From an uncultured delta proteobacterium (GTDB taxonomy: Bacteria; Myxococcota; Myxococcia; Myxococcales; Anaeromyxobacteraceae): a stretch of 64,000 bases of DNA. The translations under genes were made by a program, and so were the position numbers. Where the stretch lies: positions 256,001-320,000 of the forward strand of contig CAWFDF010000008.1 of NCBI GenBank assembly GCA_963814585.1, written 5' to 3'. Shown one piece after another: positions 45,895 through 55,898 of the stretch (position 1 is the first letter of the stretch; every line of letters begins with the position of its first letter). The notes under the pieces are model-generated. The model did no database searches, had not been told where the DNA came from, and saw nothing but the letters and a program-made list of their open reading frames with translations.

Positions 45895-47720
45895 GGCGTC
45901 CCCTCCACGTCGGCGGTGGCGCGCATCGCCTCCTCGTAGGAGGTCACGCCGGCCGCCACCTTCTGGACGGCGTGCTCGCGCAGGCTCTTCAGGCCGTCCT
46001 GGCGGGCGGTGCGGACGAGCGCCTCCGGCGTGGCCCCCTCGGCGATGAGGTGGCGAAGCCGGGCGTTGATGGCGAGGATCTCGAAGAGCCCGGCCCGGCC
46101 GTAGTAGCCGGTGTAGCGGCACTTGGCGCAGCCGGTGCCTCGCCGGGCCAGGAGCTCCCCGGCGTGGTCCTCGGGGTGGGGCACCCCCAGACCGGCCACC
46201 TGGTCGGCGGTGAGCGGGACGTCCTCGGCGCAGGCGGGACAGACCTGGCGGACCAGGCGCTGCGCCACCACGCCGGTGAGCGTACCGGCGATCAGGAAGC
46301 TGGGCACGCCCAGGTCCCGCAGCCGGGCGATGGCTCCCACCGCGTCGTTGGTGTGGAGCGTGGTGAGCACCAGGTGGCCGGTGAGCGCGGCCTGCACGGC
46401 CTGGGTGGCGGTGTCGGCGTCACGGACCTCACCGACCATGATCACGTCGGGATCCTGGCGCAGCACGTGCCGGAGCGCCTCGGCGAAGCTGGTGCCGGTG
46501 CGCGGATTGGCGGCGATCTGGTTGAAGTCCTCGTGGACCATCTCGATGGGATCCTCGATGGTCACCACGTTGACCTCCGGCGACGCCAGCGCCTGCAGCG
46601 CCGAGTAGAGGGTGGTGGTCTTGCCGGAGCCGGTGGGGCCGGTGACCACGATCAGCCCGTGGGGGCGGAGCAGCCAGCGCTCGAAGGTCTCCCGCTCGTC
46701 GGGCAGGAACCCGAGCTCGGAGAGGTCGCGCACCAGCACGCTGGGGTCGAGGACCCGGACCACCACCTTGTCGCCGAAGGTGGTGGGGATGGTGGAGACG
46801 CGCAGCTCCATCTCGGCGTCGCCCCGGGCGGTGCGGATCCGCCCGTCCTGCGGCTTGCGGGAGGCGATGTCGAGCCGCGCCATGATCTTGAAGCGGTTGG
46901 CGATGGCCCCGTGGACGCCCTTGGGGATGCGGTGGACCGGGTGGAGGACGCCGTCGATCCGCATCCGGATGATCGACTCGTCGCGGCGCGGCTCGATGTG
47001 GATGTCGCTGGCCCGCTGCTCGAAGGCGTAGTGCAGCAGGTACTCCACCGCGGCGATGATCGGCTCGCTGGAGGCCTCCAGGGCGTCGACGCCGGAGAGG
47101 TTCACGAACTGCTCGAGGTTGCCGACGTCGATGGCGCCGCCGCTGAGCTGGATCTGGGCCTCCGACACCTGGGCCCGGAAGCCGTAGACCTCGGCGATGG
47201 CCCGGTGGATGTCGGTCGGCGCGGCCAGCACCGGCTCGATCTCCAGCCCGGTCAGCCCGCGCAGGTTCTCGAACAGCTCCCGGTCGAACGGGTTGGCCGT
47301 CGCCACCACCAGCAGGGGGCCCCGCCGCTCCAGCGGCAGCACGGCGTGGCGGCGGGCGAACGGGCGGGAGAGGGTCCGGGTGATGAGCCCGGCGTCGAGC
47401 TTGAGCGGATCGATCTTGCGGTACGGGATCCCGGTCGCCAGGGCCACCACCTGCGTGGCCTTGTCCTCGTCGATCAGCTCGGCCTCCTGCCGCTGGTCCG
47501 GGAACTCGAAGCTGGCCATCAGTTCGATGGGCGACAGCTCGGCTCGCCGCAGCCCCCGGCCCCCGGCCCGCGAGGCCTGCTCGCGCAGCAGGCGGGCCCG
47601 CTGGACGTTCTCGCGGGCGGCGGCGGTCTTGCGGGCGTCGTCCGAGAGCAGGCCCTGCCTCGCCAGCGCCTCGGCGACGAACTCCAGGGTGAATTCCGTG
47701 GCGTGGTGGCGGCGAGTCAA
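45891..47720 (-). CDS. GspE/PulE/PilB-family secretion/pilus ATPase (TTG start)
   Basis: ASDIHIEP, RMRIDGVL, PQDGRI, GPTGSGKTT, TIEDPIE, LRQDPDVIMVGEVRD, TGHLVLTTLH, CPAC...CAKC zinc site. Confidence 0.93.
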   Translation of the reverse strand: MTRRHHATEFTLEFVAEALARQGLLSDDARKTAAARENVQRARLLREQASRAGGRGLRRAELSPIELMASFEFPDQRQEAELIDEDKATQVVALATGIPYRKIDPLKLDAGLITRTLSRPFARRHAVLPLERRGPLLVVATANPFDRELFENLRGLTGLEIEPVLAAPTDIHRAIAEVYGFRAQVSEAQIQLSGGAIDVGNLEQFVNLSGVDALEASSEPIIAAVEYLLHYAFEQRASDIHIEPRRDESIIRMRIDGVLHPVHRIPKGVHGAIANRFKIMARLDIASRKPQDGRIRTARGDAEMELRVSTIPTTFGDKVVVRVLDPSVLVRDLSELGFLPDERETFERWLLRPHGLIVVTGPTGSGKTTTLYSALQALASPEVNVVTIEDPIEMVHEDFNQIAANPRTGTSFAEALRHVLRQDPDVIMVGEVRDADTATQAVQAALTGHLVLTTLHTNDAVGAIARLRDLGVPSFLIAGTLTGVVAQRLVRQVCPACAEDVPLTADQVAGLGVPHPEDHAGELLARRGTGCAKCRYTGYYGRAGLFEILAINARLRHLIAEGATPEALVRTARQDGLKSLREHAVQKVAAGVTSYEEAMRATADVEGTP

Positions 47721-47792
47721 GGCGCGGCGAGTCTACCCCGGGCCCTCGAGGCCACCAAAATCACGGCAGGCCGGCACGCCGGAGCTCCATGG

Positions 47793-47810
47793 GTCGCCCG
47801 ACCGGGCGAC
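47793..47810 (-). promoter_or_regulatory. Putative bacterial SECIS element
   Basis: mRNA reads UGA-GGGAUCUGACC-GUCGCCC-GGUC-GGGCGAC: a 7-bp stem beginning 11 nt after the UGA, with G/GU at the start of the loop and no U-tract afterwards. Confidence 0.6.
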
Positions 47811-47812
47811 GG

Positions 47813-48034
47813 TCAGATCCCTCAACCGACGGGACCGCAGCCGGGTGGCGGCCCGCCACTGGACCGGCTCCCGCGCCCGCCGCGCGCGGCCGCCGGACGC
47901 GACATCTGCCGCGCCACCCGCCTGGAGCCGCAGGTGGGGCACGACACCTCGGCCTCGTCGGACTTGCGCAGGACCAGGGTCTCGAAGGCGGCCTCGCAGG
48001 CCGGGCAGGCGTACTCGAAGATGGGCACGCCCAT
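47813..48034 (-). CDS. FmdB-family zinc-ribbon protein; candidate selenoprotein (UGA 47822-47824 read as Sec, true stop 47813-47815)
   Basis: PIFEYACPAC...FETL...CPTCGS zinc ribbon; Gly-rich tail ending CGPVG-UGA-GI-UGA. Confidence 0.85.
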
Positions 48035-48096
48035 GTGAGCCACCCCGGGCAGAAAGGGTTCGCGCCGCCTGACCAGGTGTAGAATCCCCTCCTCGC

Positions 48097-48714
48097 ATGG
48101 TCCACGCCCCGCTCGCCGCGCTCCTCCTCGCCGCCACCGGCGCGTCTCCCCTCGCCACGGCGGCCGCCACGCCGATCACCCCGACGGCTCATCTCTCCAT
48201 CGGCACCGGCTACTGCGATCGGGCCACCGTGCCCGGCACCGACGTCCAGAGCGCCAACCCCTGCTACCTGGTGATCGGCGCCGTCGCCGGCGTCCGCTAC
48301 CGGCTGCTGGAGGCGGGGATCAGCTACGAGGGGAGGCAGCCCATCGACCTGCTCACCCTCTTCAGGATCCGCCCGCCGACGGCCACCGTGCTGGGCGGAT
48401 CGGTCGGCCTCACCGGCCAGGCCGGGGATCGGTGGCGCCTCTCGGTGGCGGGCGAGCTGGGCTGGCGCCGCTACTCGAACTTCGCCGGCGAGGGGCCGGA
48501 CGGCTGGGAGGGCACCGCGGACACCTCCTACGCCGGGCTGGTGGGTCGGGCCGCCACCGGGCTGAAGAACCCCGCCGGGCGGACCGATCGGATCGAGGTG
48601 ACGCTGGCCTGGCGCCACGACCTCCACGACGCCACCGACGAGGTGGCCGGCCAGACCTGGCGGGTGGGCGGCTGGTCCATCACCATGGGCGTGGGGCTGG
48701 TCGCAGACTGGTAG
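48097..48714 (+). CDS. Secreted hypothetical protein, probable small outer-membrane beta-barrel
   Basis: Signal peptide; amphipathic strands; ends ITMGVGLVADW (aromatic terminal residue). Confidence 0.6.
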   Translation: MVHAPLAALLLAATGASPLATAAATPITPTAHLSIGTGYCDRATVPGTDVQSANPCYLVIGAVAGVRYRLLEAGISYEGRQPIDLLTLFRIRPPTATVLGGSVGLTGQAGDRWRLSVAGELGWRRYSNFAGEGPDGWEGTADTSYAGLVGRAATGLKNPAGRTDRIEVTLAWRHDLHDATDEVAGQTWRVGGWSITMGVGLVADW

Positions 48715-48758
48715 CCACCCCGGCGGCCGGGCCGCCGCCGCCCGGCCCTGGGCGCCGC

Positions 48759-49352
48759 TCAGCGCCCCGGCGCCTTCTTCCCGGCCTTCTTCGCGGGCGC
48801 CGGCGACGGCGCCTGAAGCCGGAGCTTCTCGGCCTGGTAGAGCTTCATGGCGTCGCGCAGCACCTGCAGCGCCACGGATCGGCCCTGAGGCTCGCTCACC
48901 ACCACCTTCTTGTTCTCCAGGGCCTTGTAGTCCTCGAAGAAGCGCCGCAGCTCGCGCAGCCGGTGTGACGGCAGCTCGGAGACGTCCGAGTAGTCGGAGT
49001 AGTTCGGGTCGTCGGCGTGGACGGCGATGAGCTTGTCGTCGAGCCCCTTGTCGTCGCGCATCTTCATCACGCCGATCACCTTGGCACGCATGATGGAGAG
49101 CGGCTGGATCACCTCGGAGCAGAGGACCAGGATGTCGAGCGGATCGCCGTCATCGCAGTAGGTCTGCGGGACGAAGCCGTAGTTGGCCGGGTAGTGGACG
49201 GCCGAGAAGAGGATCCGGTCCACCAGCAGCAGGCCGGTGGACTTGTCCAGCTCGTACTTCACCTTGGAGCCGGTGGCGATCTCGATGACCGCCGGGATGG
49301 CGTCCTCGACGTAGCGGGGCAGGGCCACGTCGTGCCACGGGTGATGGGCCAC
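48759..49352 (-). CDS. ppa: Inorganic pyrophosphatase (family I)
   Basis: [43 protein letters not shown]. Confidence 0.96.
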   Translation of the reverse strand: MAHHPWHDVALPRYVEDAIPAVIEIATGSKVKYELDKSTGLLLVDRILFSAVHYPANYGFVPQTYCDDGDPLDILVLCSEVIQPLSIMRAKVIGVMKMRDDKGLDDKLIAVHADDPNYSDYSDVSELPSHRLRELRRFFEDYKALENKKVVVSEPQGRSVALQVLRDAMKLYQAEKLRLQAPSPAPAKKAGKKAPGR

Positions 49353-49399
49353 CTGGAACTCCCTTCCATGGGCACCGCCGCGCGGCGGGCCCTCGCGCT

Positions 49400-50329
49400 T
49401 CAGATCCCACCGCCGAACGAGAACCGGCTGTCCCTGAGCTCGGCCTGCGTGATGCGGCTGTTGGGCGGCACCGGCTGGGTCAGCCAGACGTTGCCGCCGA
49501 TCGACGACCCCTTCCCGATGACGATCCGGCCCAGGATGGTCGCCCCGGAGTAGATGACCACGTCGTCCTCGACGATGGGGTGCCGGTCGATGCCCTTGAT
49601 GGGCTTCCCGTGCTCGTCGAGCGGGAAGCTCTTCGCCCCCAGGGTCACGCCCTGGTAGAGCCGGACGCGATCGCCCAGCACCGCGGTCTCGCCCACCACC
49701 ACGCCGGTGCCGTGATCGATGAAGAACTTCCCGCCGATCCGGGCGCCCGGGTGGATGTCGATGCCGGTCACGGTGTGGGCGTACTCGGTGATGATGCGCG
49801 GGATGAGCGGCACCCCCAGGACGTGGAGCCGATGGGCGATGCGCTGGTTGGTGATGGCGAAGAGGCCCGGGTAGGCGAAGATGGCCTCGTCGCGCGTCTT
49901 GAGCGCCGGGTCGCCCTCGTAGGCCGCCTCGACGTCGGAACGGACCAGCCGCTGGATCTCCGGCACGCGCGCCAGGAACTCGCCCGAGACGCGGCGTGAC
50001 TCCTCGGCGCAGTGGGCACACTGGTGGTAGTCGTGGCGGGCGAAGAAGGCCAGGGCGCGTCGCACCTGCTCCTCCAGCGAGTGGAGGGCCCGCTCCAGGG
50101 TGGCGCCCAGGTAGAAGTGGAGCGCCTCGGCCCGGACGTCGGAGGTGCCGAAGTAGCCCGGGAAGAAGACCGAGCGAAGGTCCTCGACGATCTGGATGAC
50201 CGCCTCGCGCGACGGGAGGATGGCGCGGCCGCCGGGGAGCCCCTCCAGCAGCGAGGCCTCCGCGGCCAGCTGGTCGACGACGGCGCGCAGGTCGGCCGGC
50301 TGCGGCCCGGTTTCGATTGGCGTGGTCAC
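49400..50329 (-). CDS. cysE: Serine O-acetyltransferase (EpsC-type CysE)
   Basis: [47 protein letters not shown] overlap with cysK. Confidence 0.93.
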   Translation of the reverse strand: MTTPIETGPQPADLRAVVDQLAAEASLLEGLPGGRAILPSREAVIQIVEDLRSVFFPGYFGTSDVRAEALHFYLGATLERALHSLEEQVRRALAFFARHDYHQCAHCAEESRRVSGEFLARVPEIQRLVRSDVEAAYEGDPALKTRDEAIFAYPGLFAITNQRIAHRLHVLGVPLIPRIITEYAHTVTGIDIHPGARIGGKFFIDHGTGVVVGETAVLGDRVRLYQGVTLGAKSFPLDEHGKPIKGIDRHPIVEDDVVIYSGATILGRIVIGKGSSIGGNVWLTQPVPPNSRITQAELRDSRFSFGGGI

Positions 50330-51261
50330 TTCTGCTCCTCGTAGAGCCAGGTGGAGAGGTAGCGCTCGCCGGTGTCGGGGAGCACCACCACGACGAGCTT
50401 GCCGGCGTTCTCGGGACGCTGGGCGACCTGCAGCGCCGCCCAGGCGGCCCCGCCGCAGGAGATCCCGGAGAGGATCCCCTCCTCGCGGGAGAGTCGCCGA
50501 GCCACGGCCCCGGCGTCCTCGTTGCTCACCGCGATGATCTCGTCGACCACCGAGGTGTTCATGACGGCGGGGACGAACCCCGGCCCCCAGCCCTGGATCT
50601 TGTGCGCCCCGGGCTTGCCGCCGGAGAGGACCGGCGAGTCGGCCGGCTCCGCGGCGACCACCCGGATGTTCGGGTTGCGGGCCTTGAGCACCTCGCCCAC
50701 GCCGGTGATGGTGCCGCCGGTCCCGGTCCCGGCCACGAAGACGTCGACCTTCCCGTCGGTGTCCCGCCAGATCTCCTCGGCGGTGGTGCGGCGGTGGATC
50801 TCCGGGTTGGCGGGGTTGTCGAACTGCTGCAGCATCAGGTAGCGGGGATCCGCCGCCGCCAGCGCCGTGGCCCTGGCGATGGCCCCCTTCATCCCCTCCG
50901 GCCCCGGCGTCAGGATCAGCTCGGCGCCCAGCGCGGCCACGATGCGCCGCCGCTCCACCGACATGGTCTCCGGCATGGTGAGCACCAGCCGGTAGCCCTT
51001 GGCGGCCGCGGCGAAGGCCAGGCCGATGCCGGTGTTGCCGCTGGTCGGCTCGAGGAGGATGGTGTCCGGCCGGATGCGGCCGGCCCGCTCGGCCGCCTCG
51101 ATCATGGCCACGCCGATCCGGTCCTTGACGCTGGAGGCCGGGTTGAAGCTCTCCAGCTTGGCCACCACCGTGGCGCCGGCGCCCGCGGCGATCCGGTTGA
51201 GGCGCACCAGCGGCGTGTTGCCGATGAGCTTGGTGACGTCGGCGGCGATCTTCATGGACAT
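50326..51261 (-). CDS. cysK: Cysteine synthase A
   Basis: [21 protein letters not shown] (PLP Lys), [37 protein letters not shown]. Confidence 0.96.
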   Translation of the reverse strand: MSMKIAADVTKLIGNTPLVRLNRIAAGAGATVVAKLESFNPASSVKDRIGVAMIEAAERAGRIRPDTILLEPTSGNTGIGLAFAAAAKGYRLVLTMPETMSVERRRIVAALGAELILTPGPEGMKGAIARATALAAADPRYLMLQQFDNPANPEIHRRTTAEEIWRDTDGKVDVFVAGTGTGGTITGVGEVLKARNPNIRVVAAEPADSPVLSGGKPGAHKIQGWGPGFVPAVMNTSVVDEIIAVSNEDAGAVARRLSREEGILSGISCGGAAWAALQVAQRPENAGKLVVVVLPDTGERYLSTWLYEEQK

Positions 51262-51330
51262 CCCCCGTTCCGTCAACGCGGATAGCACGCCGTCCGGGCG
51301 GATTCCAGTCCCGCCCCCGGGTCTCGTCGC

Positions 51331-53391
51331 CTATCCGCCGCCGTCCTCGTCCGCCAGCGCCGCGTCGATCTCGGCCTCGGTGGGCGCCGCCGCCACGGCG
51401 TCGGCCGGGGCCGGCGTCCCTCCCGGCGGGTGGAAGAACTCGAAGACCGCCCGGGCCTGCCCGGCGCCGAACCCCTCGACCGCGCCCAGCTCCTCGAGCG
51501 TCGCCTCGCGCACCCGCTTCAGCGCCCCGAAGTGGCGCAGCAGCGCTTTCTTCCGCCCCTCGCCGACGCCCGGGATCGACTCGAGCACGCTCTGGAAGTT
51601 CCGCTCCCGCCGAAGCTTGCGGTGGAAGGTGATGGCGAAGCGGTGGGCCTCGTCGCGCAGCCTGGTCAGCAGGAAGAGCTCGGCCGAGTTCTGGCGCAGC
51701 ACGACGGGATCCTTGCGGGCCGGCAGGAAGACGCGCTCCGGGGTCCGCTCCGCCTCCCCGACGAACCCCTTCTCGGCCGCCTCCGCCGCGTCGGCCAGCC
51801 TCCGAGCGGCCGGCGCCGCCGGGCGCCCGCGCCGGCCCACCACCCGGGCGGTGCCGAGATCGGCGGCCACCAGCCGCGACTTGGCGAGGCCGATCAGCTC
51901 CACGAAAGGCGCCTCCGGGTTCCCCGGCACGGGCTTGACGGGAACGCCGAGATCGCGCGCCGCCGCCAGCGCCGCGGCCAGCTGCCCCTTGCCGCCGTCG
52001 ATCACCAGCAGGTCGGGGAAGTGCCCCTCGTGGATGGCCCGCCGCAGCCTCCGCGAGATCACCTCGTGGAGCATGGCGAAGTCGTCCTGCCCGGCCACCC
52101 CCTTCACCTTGTAGCGGCGGTAGCCGGCCTTGTCGGGCTCGCCGTCGCGCATCGAGACGCCCGAGCCGACGGCCAGCGCCCCCTGGAACGTCGAGATGTC
52201 GTAGCACTCCATCCAGCGCGGCGGCCGCGCCAGGTGGAGCGAGCGCATCAGCGCCACCAGCGCCTCCTCGCGCCGCGAGTCCTTCTCGTGCCAGCTCCGG
52301 AAGCTCTGCTCGGCATTCCGCGCCGCCACCGCCAGCAGGTCGGCCTTGGCCCCACGCCGCGGCGTCGCCAGTCTCACCTTGCCGCCGCGCCGCTCGGCCA
52401 GCACCTCGGCCAGGGCGGCGGCCTCGACCGGCTCGATCGGCACCAGCACCTCCTCCGGAACCGGCATCCGCTCGTAGTAGGCGGCGAGGAACTGGCTGAG
52501 CAGCTCGGCGGCGGGGAACTCCTGCCCCTTGAACGGGAAGGCCCTGGCGTCGACCAGCTTGCCGCTCCGCATCACCAGCACCTGGATCACCAGGTCCGGC
52601 CCCTCGCGGTGCAGCCCGACGACGTCGCGGTCTGCGCCATCGCCCATCTGGACCCGCTGCGTCTCCAGGCTCCGGGCCACCGCCTGCAGCTGGTCGCGCA
52701 GCCTGGCCGCCGCCTCGTAGTCGAGCGCCGCCGCGGCCGCCTTCATCCGCTCGGCGAGCCGCGCCGCCAGCTCCGGCTCGCGCCCCTCGAGGAAGGCCAC
52801 CGCGTCGTCGACGCTGGCCTGGTAGTCCTCCGCCGGCACCTCGTAGACGCAAGGCGCCGGGCAGCGGTGGATCTGGTACAGGATGCACGGCCGCCGGCGC
52901 GTGTCGAAGACGTGGTCGGTGCAGGTGCGGAGCTGGAAGTGGCGGTTGATGAGCCTGAGGGTCTCGCGGATCGACCATGCCGATCCGAACGGGCCGAAGT
53001 AGCGCGACTTCGGGTCCCGCGCCTCGCGGGCCCGCCGCACCTCGAGGCGCGGGTACGGGTGGCGGCCGTCGAGCCTGAGGACGATGAAGTCCTTGTCGTC
53101 GCGCAGCACCACGTTGAAGCGAGGCCGGTGCTTCTTGATGAGCTGGTTCTCGAGGAGCACCGCCTCCTTCTCGGAGCGCGTGACGATCACCTCGATGGCG
53201 CCGAGCAGCTCGTCGAGCAGCGCCACGAAGGCGCGCTCGTCGGCGCGGGGCGCGCCGAAGTAGCTCCGGACCCGGCCGCGAAGGCTGGAGGCCTTGCCGA
53301 CGTAGACCACCGTCCCGGCCCGATCCTTCATGAGGTAGCAGCCGGGCTCGGCCGGCAGCTCCTCCAGGGCGCGCTGGACGTTGGGATCCAT
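51331..53391 (-). CDS. uvrC: Excinuclease ABC subunit C
   Basis: GIY-YIG (PGCYLM, YVGKA), YFGPF, Cys cluster, [31 protein letters not shown], HhH IPGVG. Confidence 0.97.
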   Translation of the reverse strand: MDPNVQRALEELPAEPGCYLMKDRAGTVVYVGKASSLRGRVRSYFGAPRADERAFVALLDELLGAIEVIVTRSEKEAVLLENQLIKKHRPRFNVVLRDDKDFIVLRLDGRHPYPRLEVRRAREARDPKSRYFGPFGSAWSIRETLRLINRHFQLRTCTDHVFDTRRRPCILYQIHRCPAPCVYEVPAEDYQASVDDAVAFLEGREPELAARLAERMKAAAAALDYEAAARLRDQLQAVARSLETQRVQMGDGADRDVVGLHREGPDLVIQVLVMRSGKLVDARAFPFKGQEFPAAELLSQFLAAYYERMPVPEEVLVPIEPVEAAALAEVLAERRGGKVRLATPRRGAKADLLAVAARNAEQSFRSWHEKDSRREEALVALMRSLHLARPPRWMECYDISTFQGALAVGSGVSMRDGEPDKAGYRRYKVKGVAGQDDFAMLHEVISRRLRRAIHEGHFPDLLVIDGGKGQLAAALAAARDLGVPVKPVPGNPEAPFVELIGLAKSRLVAADLGTARVVGRRGRPAAPAARRLADAAEAAEKGFVGEAERTPERVFLPARKDPVVLRQNSAELFLLTRLRDEAHRFAITFHRKLRRERNFQSVLESIPGVGEGRKKALLRHFGALKRVREATLEELGAVEGFGAGQARAVFEFFHPPGGTPAPADAVAAAPTEAEIDAALADEDGGG

Positions 53392-53408
53392 CGGATGATC
53401 CGGACCGG

Positions 53409-54202
53409 CTACTCGGCGGCGGGGGGCGCCGCCAGCCCCAGCCCGTGGGCGACCGCCTCGGCGCGGCGGCGCAGGTCGGCGCCGGCGGCCAGGTCGCCCG
53501 TCCGGTCGGCGAGCCGGGCCGCGCCCGACAGGGCCACGAGCAGGGCCGGCCGGTCGTCGGACCGGGAGAGCGGCTCCAGCGCGGCGCGGTAGAGCGACAG
53601 CGCCGCCGCGGCCTCGCCGGCCCTCTCGGCCCGCCTGGCGCGGTTCAGCGACAGCGGGCCGGCCACGGCCGGCTCCCCCCGGCCAGCCGCTCCGCCTCGG
53701 CGAAGCGGCGCCGCGCCTCCTCGGGCGAGGCCAGGACGCCGAGCCCCAGCTCGGCCAGCGCCTCCGCCAGGGGGTCCTCCCCGGCCCTCGCCAGCGCCCT
53801 GGCCCGCTCCAGCGCCTCGGCCACGCCATCCCGGCCCAGCGCCTGCCGCGCCCGGGCCAGGCCGAGCCAGGCCCGGGCGGCCAGGGCCCGGTCGCCGGAC
53901 CCCTCCGCCAGCACCGCCGATCGCTCCAGCGGCTCGATCGCCGAGGCCGCCTCTCCGGCGGCGAGGCGCGCCAGCCCCTCGCGGCAGGCGGCGTCGGCGG
54001 CCAGGGCCGGGTGATCTCCGCGCGCCGCGGTCCTGGCGGCCCGGCCGAAGAAGACGGCGGCGGTCCTCGGATCGTCGAAGCGCCGGGCGACCTCGCCGCT
54101 GGAGCGCTGGCGGTGGGCGAGATGCTCGGCCGGCGGCGGCCGAGGACCGGCGGCGCACCCGGAGAGGAGCGCCAGCAGCCCCGGGATGGCGCGGCGGATC
54201 AC
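53409..54202 (-). CDS. TPR-like helical lipoprotein, split by a frameshift at the G6 run (53675-53680)
   Basis: GTGA overlap with mlaD; lipobox LSGC; Ala/Leu/Arg-rich TPR-like helices continue in a second frame ([17 protein letters not shown]...). Confidence 0.7.
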
Positions 54203-55239
54203 GGGCGCCCCTCCCCGCCTGGATCGCCGGCCCGGACGGGCAGGCCGTCGATCACCGCCGGCGGCGAAGGGGCCCCGGGATCCGGCACCGAGCCGCGGAG
54301 CAGCCAGTGCTCGTTCACCAGCTCGAGGGTCCGGTTGGCCTGCACGATGAGGAGCTGGGTCTGGCCGAGCAGCACCTCCAGCTCTTCCCGCCGCCCCCGG
54401 GCGGCCTCGGTCAGCTCGGCGGCGTGCCTGGCCAGGTCCGAGGTGTGGCCGATGAGCCCGTCGATCTTCGCCCAGCTCCCGTGGAGGTCGGCCAGGGCCA
54501 CCTCGATCCGCTCGTACATCACGGCGTCGGTCATCAGCCTGCCGGCGGTCCCCTTGCCGTCGCGCAGGCCGCGCAGCAGCTCCTCGGCGCGCGCCATCAC
54601 CGCGGCGGCGTGCTCGACGGCGCGCTCCCGCTCCAGGGAGCGGGCCAGCCGGTCCACGGAGAGGACCAGCCGGTCGGCGTGCTCGACGGCGCGGGCGTCC
54701 TTGACCTGGCCCAGGATGGCGTCGGCCTTGGTGAGGATCTCCTGGGTCCGGCCGAGGATGGCGGGGAGCTGGGTCCGGAGCGCCTCCAGCGTCTCGCGAG
54801 CCCGGGTGGCCGGGTCGCCCTCGGCCTCTCCGACCAGCACCTGGCCGTCGGGCCAGGTGCCGGCGCCGCCGCCGGCGTCGAGCTCGATGCCCAGCTCTCC
54901 CACCAGCCCGCCGATGGGGACCCGGAGCGTGGCGCGGGCGTCGTCGCGCAGGACCTCCCGGGCCGAGCCGTTGAGGCTGAGCCGGGCCCGGACCAGCCGC
55001 TGCTCCCGGGACGAGGCCACCACCCGGCCGACCACCTCGCCGGCCAGCTTCACCGGCACGCCGGCCCGGAGCACCGCGGCGTGCTCCGCCGGGAAGGTCG
55101 CCTCCAGCTCGGCGCGCCGGTCGAACCAGTGGCGACCGCGTCCGACCACCAGGAGCGCGGCCAGCACCGCGATCACGGCGAGGAGCACGAAGGCGCCGAC
55201 GATCTCGCGGACGTGGCGAAGCTGCGGGGAGGAGCTCAT
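54199..55239 (-). CDS. MCE/MlaD-family substrate-binding protein with a long helical tail
   Basis: EIVGAFVL TM anchor; LRAGVPVKLAGEVVGRV; GLVGELGIEL; GKGTAGRL; C-terminal HWLLRG. Confidence 0.88.
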   Translation of the reverse strand: MSSSPQLRHVREIVGAFVLLAVIAVLAALLVVGRGRHWFDRRAELEATFPAEHAAVLRAGVPVKLAGEVVGRVVASSREQRLVRARLSLNGSAREVLRDDARATLRVPIGGLVGELGIELDAGGGAGTWPDGQVLVGEAEGDPATRARETLEALRTQLPAILGRTQEILTKADAILGQVKDARAVEHADRLVLSVDRLARSLERERAVEHAAAVMARAEELLRGLRDGKGTAGRLMTDAVMYERIEVALADLHGSWAKIDGLIGHTSDLARHAAELTEAARGRREELEVLLGQTQLLIVQANRTLELVNEHWLLRGSVPDPGAPSPPAVIDGLPVRAGDPGGEGRP

Positions 55240-55892
55240 GAGCGTGGCACCGGGACCGGGTGGGTCGAGGCGGCCAGCGCGGCCGCCAGGCCAGGACGGG
55301 GGGTGACGGCCAGCATCGCCCGGGCGCCCCCGGAGCGCCAGCGAGCCAGGGCGGCGGCCACCTCGGCCGCCTCCTCCTCGACGAGGTCGTCGAGCGGGTC
55401 GTGCAGCACCAGCAGCTCCGGCTCGAGGAGGACGGCTCGCGCCAGCGCCACCCTCCGCTGCACGCCGATGGAGACCCGCTCCGGGCGGAGGTCCGGGACC
55501 TCCTCGAGCCCGAAGGCCTCCAGCGCTGCTCGCGATGCCTCGGCGCCGTCTCCCCACCCGGCGCGGTGGAACCGCCACGGCAGCAGCAGGTTCTCGCGGA
55601 GCGTGAGGTTGGCCAGCAGGGCGGACTGGCGTGGCAGGAAGCCGACCCGGGCGCGGAGCGCCGCCAGCACCGCCGGGCGGCCCGACCACGGATCGCCGCC
55701 GAGGAGGCGCACCGTGCCCGACGCCGGCGGATCAATCCCCATCACGGCCCGCAGCAGGGCCGCCGCCACCTCGGGCCCGGCCTGGAGGACGAGGGCGTCG
55801 CCGGCCGCCACCCGGAAGGAGATCCCGCCGGCGAGGCGCTCGCCGGCCTGGCTGGTCACGGTGAGCTCCTCGACCTCGATGGCGGCGTCCAT
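55236..55892 (-). CDS. MlaF-like ABC ATP-binding subunit with degenerate catalytic motifs
   Basis: ABC scaffold (ISFRV, PASGTVRL, VGFLP, NLTLRENL, RRVALARA), but Walker A, signature, Walker B and H-loop are substituted. Confidence 0.8.
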   Translation of the reverse strand: MDAAIEVEELTVTSQAGERLAGGISFRVAAGDALVLQAGPEVAAALLRAVMGIDPPASGTVRLLGGDPWSGRPAVLAALRARVGFLPRQSALLANLTLRENLLLPWRFHRAGWGDGAEASRAALEAFGLEEVPDLRPERVSIGVQRRVALARAVLLEPELLVLHDPLDDLVEEEAAEVAAALARWRSGGARAMLAVTPRPGLAAALAASTHPVPVPRS

Positions 55893-55898
55893 GGCGCG

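Noticed and set aside
47813..47815. Second UGA as another Sec codon
   Set aside because: It lies only 2 nt from the hairpin, outside workable SECIS spacing, so it is treated as the true stop.
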